Shown piece by piece: positions 29,564-39,524 of a DNA stretch of 64,000 bases. The stretch covers positions 205,397 through 269,396 of the forward strand of contig NZ_FOJP01000010.1 of assembly GCF_900111835.1 (NCBI RefSeq), written 5' to 3'. The first letter of the stretch is position 1, and every line of letters starts with the position of its first letter. The translations under genes and the position numbers were made by a program. The DNA is from Metapseudomonas otitidis (GTDB lineage: Bacteria; Pseudomonadota; Gammaproteobacteria; Pseudomonadales; Pseudomonadaceae). The notes under the pieces were generated by a model that was given only the letters and a program-made list of their open reading frames with translations, was not told the DNA's origin and did not search any database.

Positions 29564-30250
29564 ATGAACGTATGGAGCAAGCTGATCGACGCCCTGCGTG
29601 GCGGCCTCGGCGAAGCCGGCGACGCCCTGGTGGACAGCCAGGCCCTGCGCATCCTCGACCAGGAGATCCGCGACGCCGACCAGGCCCTGCGCCAGGCCCG
29701 CGAAGCCCTGGCCGGCGTCATGGCCCGGCAGAAGCTCGCCGACGAGCGCGCCGCCCAGTGCCAGGCCAAGGTCGACGAATACGAAGGCTATGCCCTCAAG
29801 GCCCTGGAAAGCGGCAACGAGGCCCTGGCCCGTGAAGTGGCGGAGAAGATCGCCGAGCTGGAAGCGCAGCACCGGAGCGAGCGCGGCCAGGCCGAAGGCT
29901 TCAGCGCCCAGGTCGCCCAGCTGCGCAAGGCCGTGACCCAGGCCGAGGCCAACATCCGCCACCTCAAGCAACAGGTGGACACGGTCAAGGCCACCGAAAG
30001 CGTGCAGCGTGCCCAGCAGGCCGTGGCCCAGCGCCAGGGCGATACCCACAGCCGCCTGGGCACCGCCCTGGACTCGCTGGAGCGCCTCAAGCGCCAGCAG
30101 GCCGAGCGTGCCGCGCGGCTGGAGGCGGCCGACGAACTGGCCAGTGCCGAGCGTGGCGACGACCTGGAAGCGCGCCTGCGGGCCGCCGGCATCGCCACCG
30201 GGCCCAGCAGCGCCGACAGCGTCCTGGCGAGGCTGCGGGACAAACGCTGA
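29564..30250 (+). CDS. PspA/IM30 family protein (YjfJ-like)
   Basis: 228-aa all-coiled-coil protein with PspA/IM30 heptad pattern. Confidence 0.85.
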   Translation: MNVWSKLIDALRGGLGEAGDALVDSQALRILDQEIRDADQALRQAREALAGVMARQKLADERAAQCQAKVDEYEGYALKALESGNEALAREVAEKIAELEAQHRSERGQAEGFSAQVAQLRKAVTQAEANIRHLKQQVDTVKATESVQRAQQAVAQRQGDTHSRLGTALDSLERLKRQQAERAARLEAADELASAERGDDLEARLRAAGIATGPSSADSVLARLRDKR

Positions 30251-30297
30251 CAAACCCGACCGCGGCCCCGCCCGCCCTGTTTCAAGGACTGGAAACG

Positions 30298-30939
30298 ATG
30301 GACCTCTTCCTGATCACCGCCCTCTCGTTCCCCACCGTGGTGTTCAGCTTCCTGCTGCTCATCGCGGTCATCTACTGGACCGTGGTCGCCTTCGGTCTGC
30401 TGGAGGTGGACCTGCTGGATGTCGAGGCCGACTCCCTGCTCGAAGGCCACGGCAACGCCGAAGGCCTCGCCGGCCTGCTGTCCAAGCTCAAGCTCAACGG
30501 CGTGCCGGTCACCTTGGTGCTGACCCTGCTGTTCTTCTTCGGCTGGTTCATCAGCTACTTCGTCGAACTCTGGCTGCTCGGCCAATTGCCCCTCGGCTGG
30601 CTGCGCTACCCGCTCGGCCTGGTGGTGATGATCGGCGCCCTGGTGCTGGCCGTGCCCATCGCCTCCACCCTGTGCCGCCCCCTGCGCCCGCTGTTCCTCA
30701 AGGCCGAGGCCACCAGCACCCGCAGCGTCATCGGCCAGACGGCCGTGGTGCGCAGTGGCCGCGTCACCGCCGGGCAGGGCGAAGCCGTGCTGGAGGACGG
30801 TGGCGCCGGGCTGATCCTCAAGGTCCGTGCCGACGAAGCCCTCGGGCTCAAGCGCGGCGACCGCGTCGTGTTACTGGAATACCTGGAGGCGCAGCACGCC
30901 TATCGGGTCATCACCGAGGACGAATTCCGCGGGCTCTGA
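30298..30939 (+). CDS. NfeD-like / YqiJ-like membrane protein with C-terminal OB-fold domain
   Basis: Four TM segments then a soluble beta-rich C-terminus (VVRSGRVTAGQGEAVLEDGGAGLILKVRAD...GDRVVLLEY); precedes flotillin. Confidence 0.7.
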   Translation: MDLFLITALSFPTVVFSFLLLIAVIYWTVVAFGLLEVDLLDVEADSLLEGHGNAEGLAGLLSKLKLNGVPVTLVLTLLFFFGWFISYFVELWLLGQLPLGWLRYPLGLVVMIGALVLAVPIASTLCRPLRPLFLKAEATSTRSVIGQTAVVRSGRVTAGQGEAVLEDGGAGLILKVRADEALGLKRGDRVVLLEYLEAQHAYRVITEDEFRGL

Positions 30940-30976
30940 CCCCGGTGTGCCTCAGCATCAAAGGAGAATGATTGCA

Positions 30977-33025
30977 ATGAACCTAGCCTCGCTGCTGCCC
31001 ATCCTGATCGGCGTCGGTCTCGTCGTCCTCGTGGTCGTCGGGCTCCTGGCCCTGTTCAAGGCCTTCTACATCAAGGTCCCGCAGGGCACCGCACTGATCG
31101 TCAACGACATGTCCTCCACCCCCAAGGTGCACTTCACCGGCGCCCTGGTGTACCCGGTCATCCACCTCAAGGAGTTCATGCGCATCTCGCTGATCACCCT
31201 GGAAGTGGACCGCCGTGGCAAGGACGGCCTCATCTGCCGTGACAACATGCGCGCCGACATCACCGTCGCCTTCTACCTGCGCGTCAACGAAACCCAGCAG
31301 GACGTGCTCAAGGTGGCCAAGGCCATCGGCGTCGACCGCGCCTCCGACCGGGGCGCGGTGAACGAACTGTTCAACGCCAAGTTCTCCGAAGCGCTGAAGA
31401 CCGTCGGCAAGCAGTTCGACTTCGTCGAACTGTTCGAGAACCGCCAGGACTTCCGCGACCGCATCATCGAAGTGATCGGCAACGACCTGAACGGCTACGT
31501 GCTGGAAGACGTCGCCATCGACTACCTGGAACAGACCGCCAAGCACTCCCTCGACCCGAGCAACATCCTCGACGCCGAAGGCATCCGCAAGATCACCGAA
31601 CTGACCGCCAACCAGAACGTCATCACCAACGAGCTGGAGCGCAACCAGGAACTGGCGATCCAGAAGAAGAACGTCGAGACCCGCGAAGCCGCTCTGGCTC
31701 TCGAACGCCAGCAGGCCGACGCCGAGGCCCGGCAGAAGCGCGAGATCGAGACCATCCGCGCCCGCGAGGAAGCCGAGACCGCCAAGGTCAAGGAAGAGGA
31801 ACGCCTCAAGGCCGAGCAGGCGCGCATCCAGGCGCAGCAGGAGATCGACATCCGCGTCGAGAACCACCAGCGCGAAGTGGAAGTGGCCCAGCAGAACCGC
31901 CAGCGCGCCGTGGTCATCGAAGTGGAGAAGGTCACCCGCGCCAAGGACCTGGAAGTGGTCGCCCGCGAGCGCGAAGTCGAGCTGCAGCGCATCGAGAAGG
32001 AAAAGGCGCTGGAAGAACAGCGCAAGAACATCGCCAACGTGATCCGCGAGCGCGTCGCCGTCGAGAAGACCGTCGCCCAGGAAGAAGAGCGCATCAAGGA
32101 AGTGCGTGAAGTCTCCGAAGCCGAGCGCGCCAAACAGGTCATCGTCCTCCAGGCACAGGCCGAAGCCGAGCAGGAGCTGGTGCGCCAGGTCAAGCAGGCC
32201 GAAGCCGACGAGACCCGCTCCAAGCACAAGGCCGTCGAGATCAACAACCTCGCCCAGGCCGAACTGGAAGCCGCCGCCAAGCAGGCCGAAGCCAAGAAAC
32301 GCATGGCCGAAGGCATCGAGGCCGAGCGCGCCGCCCCCGGCCTGGCCGATGCCCGCGTTCTGGAAGCGACCGCCACCGCGAAGGAGAAGGACGGCCTCGC
32401 CGACGCCCGCGTGCGCGCTGAACAGCTGATCGCCGAAGCCCGTGGCGAGCAGGAGAAGGGCCTCGCCGAAGCCCGCATCCTCGAAGCCCAGGCCGCCGCT
32501 AAGGAGAAGGACGGTCTCGCCGAAGCCAAGGTGCTGGAAGAGAAGCTCGGCGCTCAGGCCCGAGGCGAAGAACAGCTCGGCGCCGCCAAGGCCAAGGCCA
32601 CCAAGGACCTGGGTTCGGCGGAAGCGGAAATCCTCCTGCAGCGCCTCAACGCCGAGGCCGAAGGCCTGGGCAAGAAGTTCAGCGCCCTCGACGCCCTCAG
32701 CGACAGCGCCCGCCAGCACGAAGAGTTCCGCATGCAGCTGGAGAAGAGCTTCGAGGAAGCCATGGCCGCCATCGCCGCCAACAAGGACATCGCCAAGGAC
32801 CAGGCCGAGGTGCTCGCCACCGCCCTGGGCAAGGCGAAGATCGAGATCGTCGGCGGCGAAGGCGACTTCTTCAATTCCTTCGCCAAGTCGCTCTCCGTCG
32901 GCAAGGCCATCGAAGGCGTGGTGGGCAAGAGCCCCGTGGTGCAGGACGTGCTCGCCCGCCTGCTCAACGGCCGCACCCCGGCCGTCGCGCCCAAGGCTGA
33001 CGCCGCCCCGGCTGCCGAAGCCTGA
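30977..33025 (+). CDS. flotillin (SPFH/band-7) family protein, YqiK-like
   Basis: N-terminal TM, SPFH domain, long EA-rich coiled-coil with repeated AEAR/AKEKDGLAEA units. Confidence 0.9.
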   Translation: MNLASLLPILIGVGLVVLVVVGLLALFKAFYIKVPQGTALIVNDMSSTPKVHFTGALVYPVIHLKEFMRISLITLEVDRRGKDGLICRDNMRADITVAFYLRVNETQQDVLKVAKAIGVDRASDRGAVNELFNAKFSEALKTVGKQFDFVELFENRQDFRDRIIEVIGNDLNGYVLEDVAIDYLEQTAKHSLDPSNILDAEGIRKITELTANQNVITNELERNQELAIQKKNVETREAALALERQQADAEARQKREIETIRAREEAETAKVKEEERLKAEQARIQAQQEIDIRVENHQREVEVAQQNRQRAVVIEVEKVTRAKDLEVVAREREVELQRIEKEKALEEQRKNIANVIRERVAVEKTVAQEEERIKEVREVSEAERAKQVIVLQAQAEAEQELVRQVKQAEADETRSKHKAVEINNLAQAELEAAAKQAEAKKRMAEGIEAERAAPGLADARVLEATATAKEKDGLADARVRAEQLIAEARGEQEKGLAEARILEAQAAAKEKDGLAEAKVLEEKLGAQARGEEQLGAAKAKATKDLGSAEAEILLQRLNAEAEGLGKKFSALDALSDSARQHEEFRMQLEKSFEEAMAAIAANKDIAKDQAEVLATALGKAKIEIVGGEGDFFNSFAKSLSVGKAIEGVVGKSPVVQDVLARLLNGRTPAVAPKADAAPAAEA

Positions 33026-33036
33026 TCGAGCGGGCC

Positions 33037-33059
33037 CCGGAACCCCCGGGGCCCGACGC
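33037..33059 (+). other. Perfect 9-bp stem hairpin (gggccccgg-aaccc-ccggggccc) in the flotillin/small-ORF gap
   Basis: Exact inverted repeat 12 bp after the flotillin stop, no T-run; possible intra-operon attenuator or RNA-processing site. Confidence 0.35.
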
Positions 33060-33127
33060 CGCGCACAGGGTCCGCCCCGCCTTGCGAAAGGGGCCGGGCC
33101 CGCCTACCCGCCAAGAGGAACCCCGCC

Positions 33128-33367
33128 ATGGCCGAATCCCGTGACTACCTGGAGCTGTCCTTCCGCTCCATCCACTGCTTCGCCAACGACGGCCGCCTGG
33201 ACGTGCACGAACTGGCCGCCCTGCTGGCCATCGCCGAGCGCGACGGCGTCATCGACGACAACGAGAAGCGCGTGCTGAAGAAGATCCTCGCCCACGTCAG
33301 GCCCGAGGAAATCGACCCCGCCCTGCGCGAGCAGATGGCCGAAGTCGCCCGCAAGATCGGCGCCTGA
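33128..33367 (+). CDS. 79-aa hypothetical protein (TerB-like helical fold?)
   Basis: Small acidic protein between the flotillin and the giant ATPase; DGRLDVHELAALLAIAERDGVIDDNEKRVLKKI resembles TerB-type motifs. Confidence 0.45.
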   Translation: MAESRDYLELSFRSIHCFANDGRLDVHELAALLAIAERDGVIDDNEKRVLKKILAHVRPEEIDPALREQMAEVARKIGA

Positions 33368-33450
33368 GCCCAGGCCCCGCGCCCCCGCGTACCCGGCCCC
33401 TCCGCCCGAGGGGCCCTGTTCGCAGACCCAGCAGATTCAGGAAGAACACG

Positions 33451-36400
33451 ATGTCGGACGTCACCGCCGCAACCCCCGCACAGGATGTATTGGACAAGGC
33501 CGTCGCCGAAGGCGGCGCCTACGAGGTGCTGCACAAGCGCCTGCAGGACCAGGGGCAGCGCCTGCGGCAGACCACCGACAGCCTCAACCAGCGGCGCCTC
33601 GAAGCCTTCGGCGACAGCCGTATGGACGTGGTCGGCCGGGTGCGCATCCGCACCGAGAACAACTGCATCGCCCGCGACATCGTCCAGGTCGGCGACTGCC
33701 TGCTGTTCGGTTACAACGTCTTCATCGGCCTGAGGAAGGAAACCGGCATCGCCGACGTCTTCTCCCTCTACCGCCTGGTGGAAGGGGAGGAGGGCTATGA
33801 GGCCGAGCCGGTGCCGCTGGAAGGCACCTTCCTCGCCGCCCAGGGCTTCCTCAACGACTTCAACGAGCTCTACACCTACTACAAGAACACCCGCCTGCTG
33901 CAGCTGGCCATCCGCGACGGCAAGCTGCTGGCGAGCTTCCAGATCGGCGAGCGCATCACCGACATCCGCGTGTTCCGCTGGTCCCTCTCCAGCGACGGGC
34001 GCGAGGTGCGCTACATCGACAACCGCGGCGAGCGCGACATCGCCCTGCCGTCGCCCTTCGACTTCGAATGGAAGAAGGCCACCCGCGAGATGGTGGTCCA
34101 GGGCCGCCACCCGCACCTGAACATCCTCGACACCGTGTTCGTCGAGACCATCGGCGGCGACCTCACCATCAAGGTGGAGAACAACACCGAGGACGGCCTC
34201 GGCATCTACCGCGAAGAGGTGGTGGACAAGACCCAGTCCCTCGACGACGCCCAGATCGAATTCGCCCGCCTCGGCAGCCTGGTGCTGCTCAAGGTGCTGC
34301 CCTACCGCGAGGAGCAGTGGCGCTACCTGGTCTACAACAGCCTGACCCGCCAGGTGGAGCGCATCGACGCCATCGGCCAGGCCTGCGTCCAGCTGCCCGA
34401 GGACCACGGCATCATCTTCCCCGGCGGCTGCTACCTGCAGAACGGCGAATACAAGACCTTCGACGCCTCCATGGCCGGCATGCGCTTCAAGCGCAGCGTG
34501 CGCTCGCCCAACGGCGAAGACGTGCAGTACATCTTCTACCACCCCGAGGAGGGCCGTTCGGTCCTGCTCACCTACAACCTCATCAGCCGCCAGCTGCAGA
34601 ACCCGCTGTTCGGCCACGGCTACGCGCGCCTGGAAGACGGGCGCATGGTGATCTTCGCCGCCGAGGGCGACGAGCCGACCCGCATCCACCCCATGCAGAT
34701 CTGGCAGACCCCGTTCTTCACCGAGGAGTACGCCGCCCGCCAGCCGGCCCGCAGCGGCTTCTTCGGGCGCATCGGCAACGCCGAGCTGGTGCGCGGCGTC
34801 TCCGACCTGTACGGCCTGTGCCGCGAGATCGAAACCCCCTCCGTCTCGGTGCAGCGCTACACCCAGCTGTGCCAGGGCACCCGCCGCCTGTTCGACGTCT
34901 ACCACTGGCTCGGCAGCGACGAGCTCGACGGGCTCGCCCCGCTGCTGCGGGAAGTGGCCGCCACCGCCGAACGGGTGCTGGACGAATACGAGAAGGTCGA
35001 GAGCATCCGCCGCCAGTCCGACCAGGCCATGGCCGGCGCCGAAGCGCAGCAGAAGGCCCTGCTCGGGCGCCTCCAGGCCGCCGGCTGGGAACAGGCCCAG
35101 GACTACGTTGACGCCCTCAACGGCATCACTGCCCAGCGTGGCCTGCTGCTGACCATCCGTGACTACCGCTACATCGACGTCGCCCGCATCGACGCCATGG
35201 AAACCGAGCTGCAGGAGGCCCAGGCGCGCACCGCGGCCGCCACCGCCACCTTCCTCGCCAGCGACCAGGCCCTGCAGCCCTTCGTCACCCGCCTGGAGAC
35301 GCTGGACGCCGACGCGCAGAAGGCCGAGACCGTCGCCCTCCTGGCACCGCCGCTGGAGGCCTTGCAGGCCATGGCCGGCGACCTGGACATGCTGTCCAAC
35401 CTGATGGGCTCGCTGCAGATCGACGACGCCACCCAGCGCACCCGCATCATCGAGTCCATCTCCGAGATCTACGCCCGCCTCAACCAGGCCAAGGCCCGCG
35501 CCGAGCAGCGCCGCAAGGCCCTCGGCTCCACCGAATCGGTGGCCCAGTTCGGCGCCCAGTTCAAGCTGTTCGGCCAGGGCATCGTCAACGCCCTGGCCCA
35601 GGCCCAGGACCCCGAGCGCTGCGACGAGCAGCTGTCGCGCCTGCTGGTGCAGCTGGAGGAACTGGAGAGCCGCTTCGGCGATCACGAGCAGTTCCTCGGC
35701 GACATCCTCAGCAAGCGCGAGGAGCTGCTGGAAACCTTCGAGGCCCACAAGCAATCCCTGCTCGACGAGCGCCAGCGCAAGGCCCAGGGCCTGCAGGACG
35801 CCGCCCGGCGCATCCTCGACAGCCTCGGCCGACGTACCGCCAAGTTCACCCAGGCCGAGGAGCTCAACGCCTTCTTCGCCGCTGACCCGCTGATCCTCAA
35901 GCTGCGCGAACTGGCCCAGCGCCTGCGCGAGCTCAACGACAGCGTCAAGGCCGACGACGTCGAAGCCCGCCTCAAGGGCGCCCGCGACCAGGCCGTGCGC
36001 GCCCTGCGCGACAAGAGCGAACTGTTCGAAGCCGGCGGCAACGTCATCAAGCTCGGCCCGCGCCACCGCTTCAGCGTCAACACCCAGGAGCTGGACCTGA
36101 CCCTGCTGCCCCGGGGCGACGGGCTCTACCTGCACCTCACCGGCACCGACTTCCTCGAACCCCTGCACGACCCCGAGCTGGACGCCCTCAAGGCCTACTG
36201 GCAGGTGGCGCTGGAGTCCGAGTCCGAGCGCCTCTACCGCGCCGAATACCTGGCCGGGGAAGTCCTCGACGCCGCCGACGGCCAGCGTGAAGGCCTCAGC
36301 CTGGACGGCCTCAAGGCCCTGCTGGCGCAGCCCGAGGAACTGGCCCGGGTGGTGCGCGACTTCGCCGCCCCGCGCTACCGCGACGGCTACGAGAAGGGCA

Positions 36401-38694
36401 TCCACGACCACGACGCCGCCGCCATCCTCCAGCACCTGCTGCCCCTGCGCGAAAGCGCCGGGCTGCTGTGCTTCGGCGCCGTGCCCCGGGCCTTCGCCAC
36501 GCTGTTCTGGGACGCCGCCCGGCAGGGCGAGAGCGGCACCGCCTGGCCGGAACGCGCCCGCACCAGCCGGCACATCCAGCAGCTGTTCGGCCGCGCCGAC
36601 GGCCTGCTGGCGCTGCAGGCCGAAGTGACCGACGCCCTGCAGGCCTTCCTCGCCGAGCACCCGCTGCCCCTGCAGCCGGGCCAGGTCGCCGAGGCCGCCG
36701 AGTACCTGGTGCAGGAACTGGCCGCCGAGCGCATCGAATTCACCTTCAGCAAGTACGCCCGCCAGCTGCACGAAGGGCTCAAGCTGCGCCTGCAAGGCGC
36801 GCGCATGTGGGACGACTACCAGGCCGCCGTGGGCCGCCTGGAGGGGCGCCCGGCGGCCCAGTGGGCGCTGGTCGGGCACTGGCTCGACGGCCTCTGCGGC
36901 GAAGAGGGCTTCGCCGGCCTCGCCGATTACCGGGCCGAAGCCGTGGCCCTGGCGCTGCTGCGTGCCGACTTCCCGCAGCGCTTCACCGAAGTGGACCTGC
37001 GCTTCAGCGTCAGCGGCCTGATGGGCGAGCACCCGCGCATCCAGGACCACAGCCTGGCACTGGCAGTGGACGACTTCTTCGGCCGCCTGCGCGAACACCG
37101 CGAGCAGGTGCTGCCCGGCCTGCGCCAGTACCAGGCGCTGCGCCAGGCCCTGGTCGCCCGCCAGCGCGAGGCCCTGCGCCTGGCCGAGTTCAAGCCGCGC
37201 CCGCTGACCTCCTTCGTGCGCAACAAACTGATCAACGACGTCTACCTCGGCATCATCGGCGACAACCTGGCCAAGCAGATGGGCACCGTCGGCGAGAACA
37301 AGCGCACCGACCTCATGGGCCTGCTGATGCTCATCTCGCCCCCCGGCTACGGCAAGACCACCCTGATGGAGTACGTCGCCCACCGCCTCGGCCTGATCTT
37401 CATGAAGATCAACGGCCCGGCCCTGGGCCACGAGGTGCGCTCGCTGGACCCGGCCCAGGCGCCCGACGCCACCTCGCGCCAGGAGCTGGAGAAGCTCAAC
37501 CTGGCCCTGGAGATGGGCAACAACGTGATGCTCTACGTCGACGACATCCAGCACACCCACCCGGAGTTCCTGCAGAAGTTCATCTCCCTCTGCGACGGCA
37601 CCCGGCGCATCGAGGGCGTGTGGAAGGGCCGCACCAAGACCTACGACATGCGTGGCAAGAAGTTCTGCGTGGTGATGTCCGGCAACCCCTACACCGAGTC
37701 CGGCGATGTGTTCCGCATCCCCGACATGCTCGCCAACCGCGCCGACATCTATAACCTCGGCGACACCCTGGGCGGCATGCAGGACGCCTTCGCCCTCAGC
37801 TACATCGAGAACGCCCTGACCTCCAACCCGGTGCTGGCGCCCCTGGCCACCCGCGACATGGCCGACGTCTACCGCTTCGTCGACCGTGCCGAGGGCAAGC
37901 CCTTCTCCGCCAACGAACTGGGCCACAGCTACAGCGGCGCCGAGATCAACGAGATCACCACCACCCTGCAACGCCTCATGCAGGTGCGCGACGTGGTGCT
38001 CAAGGTCAACCAGCAGTACATCGCCAGTGCCGCCCAGGCCGACCAGTACCGCACCGAGCCGCCGTTCAAGCTGCAGGGCAGCTACCGCAACATGAACAAG
38101 ATGGCGGAGAAGATCTCCGCCGTGATGAACGACGCCGAGCTGATGCAACTGCTGGCCGACCACTACCAGGGCGAGTCCCAGCTGCTCACCACCGGCGCCG
38201 AGGAGAACCTGCTCAAGCTCGCCGAACTGCGTGGCAACCAGAGCGCCGAGCAGGCGGAGCGCTGGACCCAGATCAAGCGCGACTTCATGCGCAACAAATC
38301 CATGGGCGGCAGCGACAGCGACGTCGGCACCCGCGTGGTGGCCCAGCTCAACGACCTGGTGGAGAGCGTGCGCGGGCTGGCCCGCAGCGAAGCCCCCGCA
38401 CCGGCCGCCGCCGAGGTGCCGTGGGAGGCCCTGCTGCAACGCCTGGAGGCGCTGGTGCAACCGCCCGCCGCGTTCAAGGTGGACGTCACCGCCCCGGCCC
38501 AGGAGGGCGTGCGCGAAGTCCTGCTGAGCCTGGCCGACTGCCTGGAGAACAGCTTCATGCCGCTGATCCGCATCATGGACAAGAAGATCGACGTCGACCT
38601 GCGCACCCATCACCGCATCACCGACATCGCCAATCGCCTCAACGAGCTGGGTGGCGCCCTGCCGGCGCCCGGCACCGACGGCACGCCCACCTGA
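33451..38694 (+). CDS. 1747-aa multidomain protein with P-loop NTPase (AAA-like) module in its C-terminal third
   Basis: Walker A LISPPGYGKTTLMEY (about residue 1300), Walker B NVMLYVDDIQHT (about residue 1365); about 1250 aa of N-terminal beta-rich and coiled-coil regions with no assignable family. Confidence 0.8.
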   Translation: MSDVTAATPAQDVLDKAVAEGGAYEVLHKRLQDQGQRLRQTTDSLNQRRLEAFGDSRMDVVGRVRIRTENNCIARDIVQVGDCLLFGYNVFIGLRKETGIADVFSLYRLVEGEEGYEAEPVPLEGTFLAAQGFLNDFNELYTYYKNTRLLQLAIRDGKLLASFQIGERITDIRVFRWSLSSDGREVRYIDNRGERDIALPSPFDFEWKKATREMVVQGRHPHLNILDTVFVETIGGDLTIKVENNTEDGLGIYREEVVDKTQSLDDAQIEFARLGSLVLLKVLPYREEQWRYLVYNSLTRQVERIDAIGQACVQLPEDHGIIFPGGCYLQNGEYKTFDASMAGMRFKRSVRSPNGEDVQYIFYHPEEGRSVLLTYNLISRQLQNPLFGHGYARLEDGRMVIFAAEGDEPTRIHPMQIWQTPFFTEEYAARQPARSGFFGRIGNAELVRGVSDLYGLCREIETPSVSVQRYTQLCQGTRRLFDVYHWLGSDELDGLAPLLREVAATAERVLDEYEKVESIRRQSDQAMAGAEAQQKALLGRLQAAGWEQAQDYVDALNGITAQRGLLLTIRDYRYIDVARIDAMETELQEAQARTAAATATFLASDQALQPFVTRLETLDADAQKAETVALLAPPLEALQAMAGDLDMLSNLMGSLQIDDATQRTRIIESISEIYARLNQAKARAEQRRKALGSTESVAQFGAQFKLFGQGIVNALAQAQDPERCDEQLSRLLVQLEELESRFGDHEQFLGDILSKREELLETFEAHKQSLLDERQRKAQGLQDAARRILDSLGRRTAKFTQAEELNAFFAADPLILKLRELAQRLRELNDSVKADDVEARLKGARDQAVRALRDKSELFEAGGNVIKLGPRHRFSVNTQELDLTLLPRGDGLYLHLTGTDFLEPLHDPELDALKAYWQVALESESERLYRAEYLAGEVLDAADGQREGLSLDGLKALLAQPEELARVVRDFAAPRYRDGYEKGIHDHDAAAILQHLLPLRESAGLLCFGAVPRAFATLFWDAARQGESGTAWPERARTSRHIQQLFGRADGLLALQAEVTDALQAFLAEHPLPLQPGQVAEAAEYLVQELAAERIEFTFSKYARQLHEGLKLRLQGARMWDDYQAAVGRLEGRPAAQWALVGHWLDGLCGEEGFAGLADYRAEAVALALLRADFPQRFTEVDLRFSVSGLMGEHPRIQDHSLALAVDDFFGRLREHREQVLPGLRQYQALRQALVARQREALRLAEFKPRPLTSFVRNKLINDVYLGIIGDNLAKQMGTVGENKRTDLMGLLMLISPPGYGKTTLMEYVAHRLGLIFMKINGPALGHEVRSLDPAQAPDATSRQELEKLNLALEMGNNVMLYVDDIQHTHPEFLQKFISLCDGTRRIEGVWKGRTKTYDMRGKKFCVVMSGNPYTESGDVFRIPDMLANRADIYNLGDTLGGMQDAFALSYIENALTSNPVLAPLATRDMADVYRFVDRAEGKPFSANELGHSYSGAEINEITTTLQRLMQVRDVVLKVNQQYIASAAQADQYRTEPPFKLQGSYRNMNKMAEKISAVMNDAELMQLLADHYQGESQLLTTGAEENLLKLAELRGNQSAEQAERWTQIKRDFMRNKSMGGSDSDVGTRVVAQLNDLVESVRGLARSEAPAPAAAEVPWEALLQRLEALVQPPAAFKVDVTAPAQEGVREVLLSLADCLENSFMPLIRIMDKKIDVDLRTHHRITDIANRLNELGGALPAPGTDGTPT

Positions 38695-38707
38695 CCCGGA
38701 GGTCGCC

Positions 38708-39397
38708 ATGGATTTCGCAGGACTCGACCAGCAGCTGCGCGACAGCCTGCAGGACCTGAAGCTGAGCAACGAGGAGCGCGACGAGCTGCGCGAACTGGGC
38801 AGCGAGCTGGGCCCGGACCAGGTGCGCTACCTGCGCAACCGCGCCTTCGACCTGGTGCGCGAGCTGTGCCAGGCCGACCCGGCCAACCTGCAACCGGCGC
38901 TCAAGTGGCTGGAGCAGGTGGTGCGCACCCTCGACCTTGCCGGCGCCGTCGCCCCGGCCGTGGCCAGCGCCCACTTCAGCCCCGGCGAGGAGTGCCGGCG
39001 CAAGATCCGCGAGCTGTGCCGCCAGGCCCGGCACAGCGTGGACATCTGCGTCTACACCATCTCCGACGACCAGCTCAGCAGCGAGATCCTCGCCTGCCAC
39101 GGGCGCGGCATCCGTGTGCGGGTGATCAGCGACAACGAGAAACAGCACGACGAGGGCAGCGACATCCAGGCCCTGCGCCACGCCGGAGTCGATGTGCGCA
39201 TCGACGACAGCCCCTTCCACATGCACCACAAGTTCGCCCTGTTCGACGGCCGCCTGCTGCTCAACGGCAGTTTCAACTGGACCCGCAGCGCCAGCACCAG
39301 CAACGAGGAGAACCTCCTGGTGATCGACAACGCCCACCTGGTGGCGCGCTACCTGGCGGAGTTCGACAGCCTCTGGGGGCGCTACGCCCCACGCTGA
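38708..39397 (+). CDS. phospholipase D-family (single HKD) nuclease, Nuc-like
   Basis: HKD motif HMHHKFALFDGRLLLNGSFNWTRSA; starts 13 bp after the giant ATPase. Confidence 0.85.
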   Translation: MDFAGLDQQLRDSLQDLKLSNEERDELRELGSELGPDQVRYLRNRAFDLVRELCQADPANLQPALKWLEQVVRTLDLAGAVAPAVASAHFSPGEECRRKIRELCRQARHSVDICVYTISDDQLSSEILACHGRGIRVRVISDNEKQHDEGSDIQALRHAGVDVRIDDSPFHMHHKFALFDGRLLLNGSFNWTRSASTSNEENLLVIDNAHLVARYLAEFDSLWGRYAPR

Positions 39398-39524
39398 AAC
39401 GCCGTGCGTGACGCTGTCACAGTCGGGGAGTAAAGTGCGAAGCCGTTCGCATTACGGCCGATAACCCCACCGCCCGCGCGTCGCCTTCCCCAGGCTGGCC
39501 GCCGGGAGCTTCCCGCCCTGGACC

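Noticed and set aside
33145-38769. 1874-aa ORF on the minus strand
   Set aside because: It is exactly antisense to the 1747-aa ATPase gene. It is Ala/Gly/Arg-rich, low complexity and typical of GC-rich antisense frames. The plus-strand gene has clear Walker motifs and operon context.
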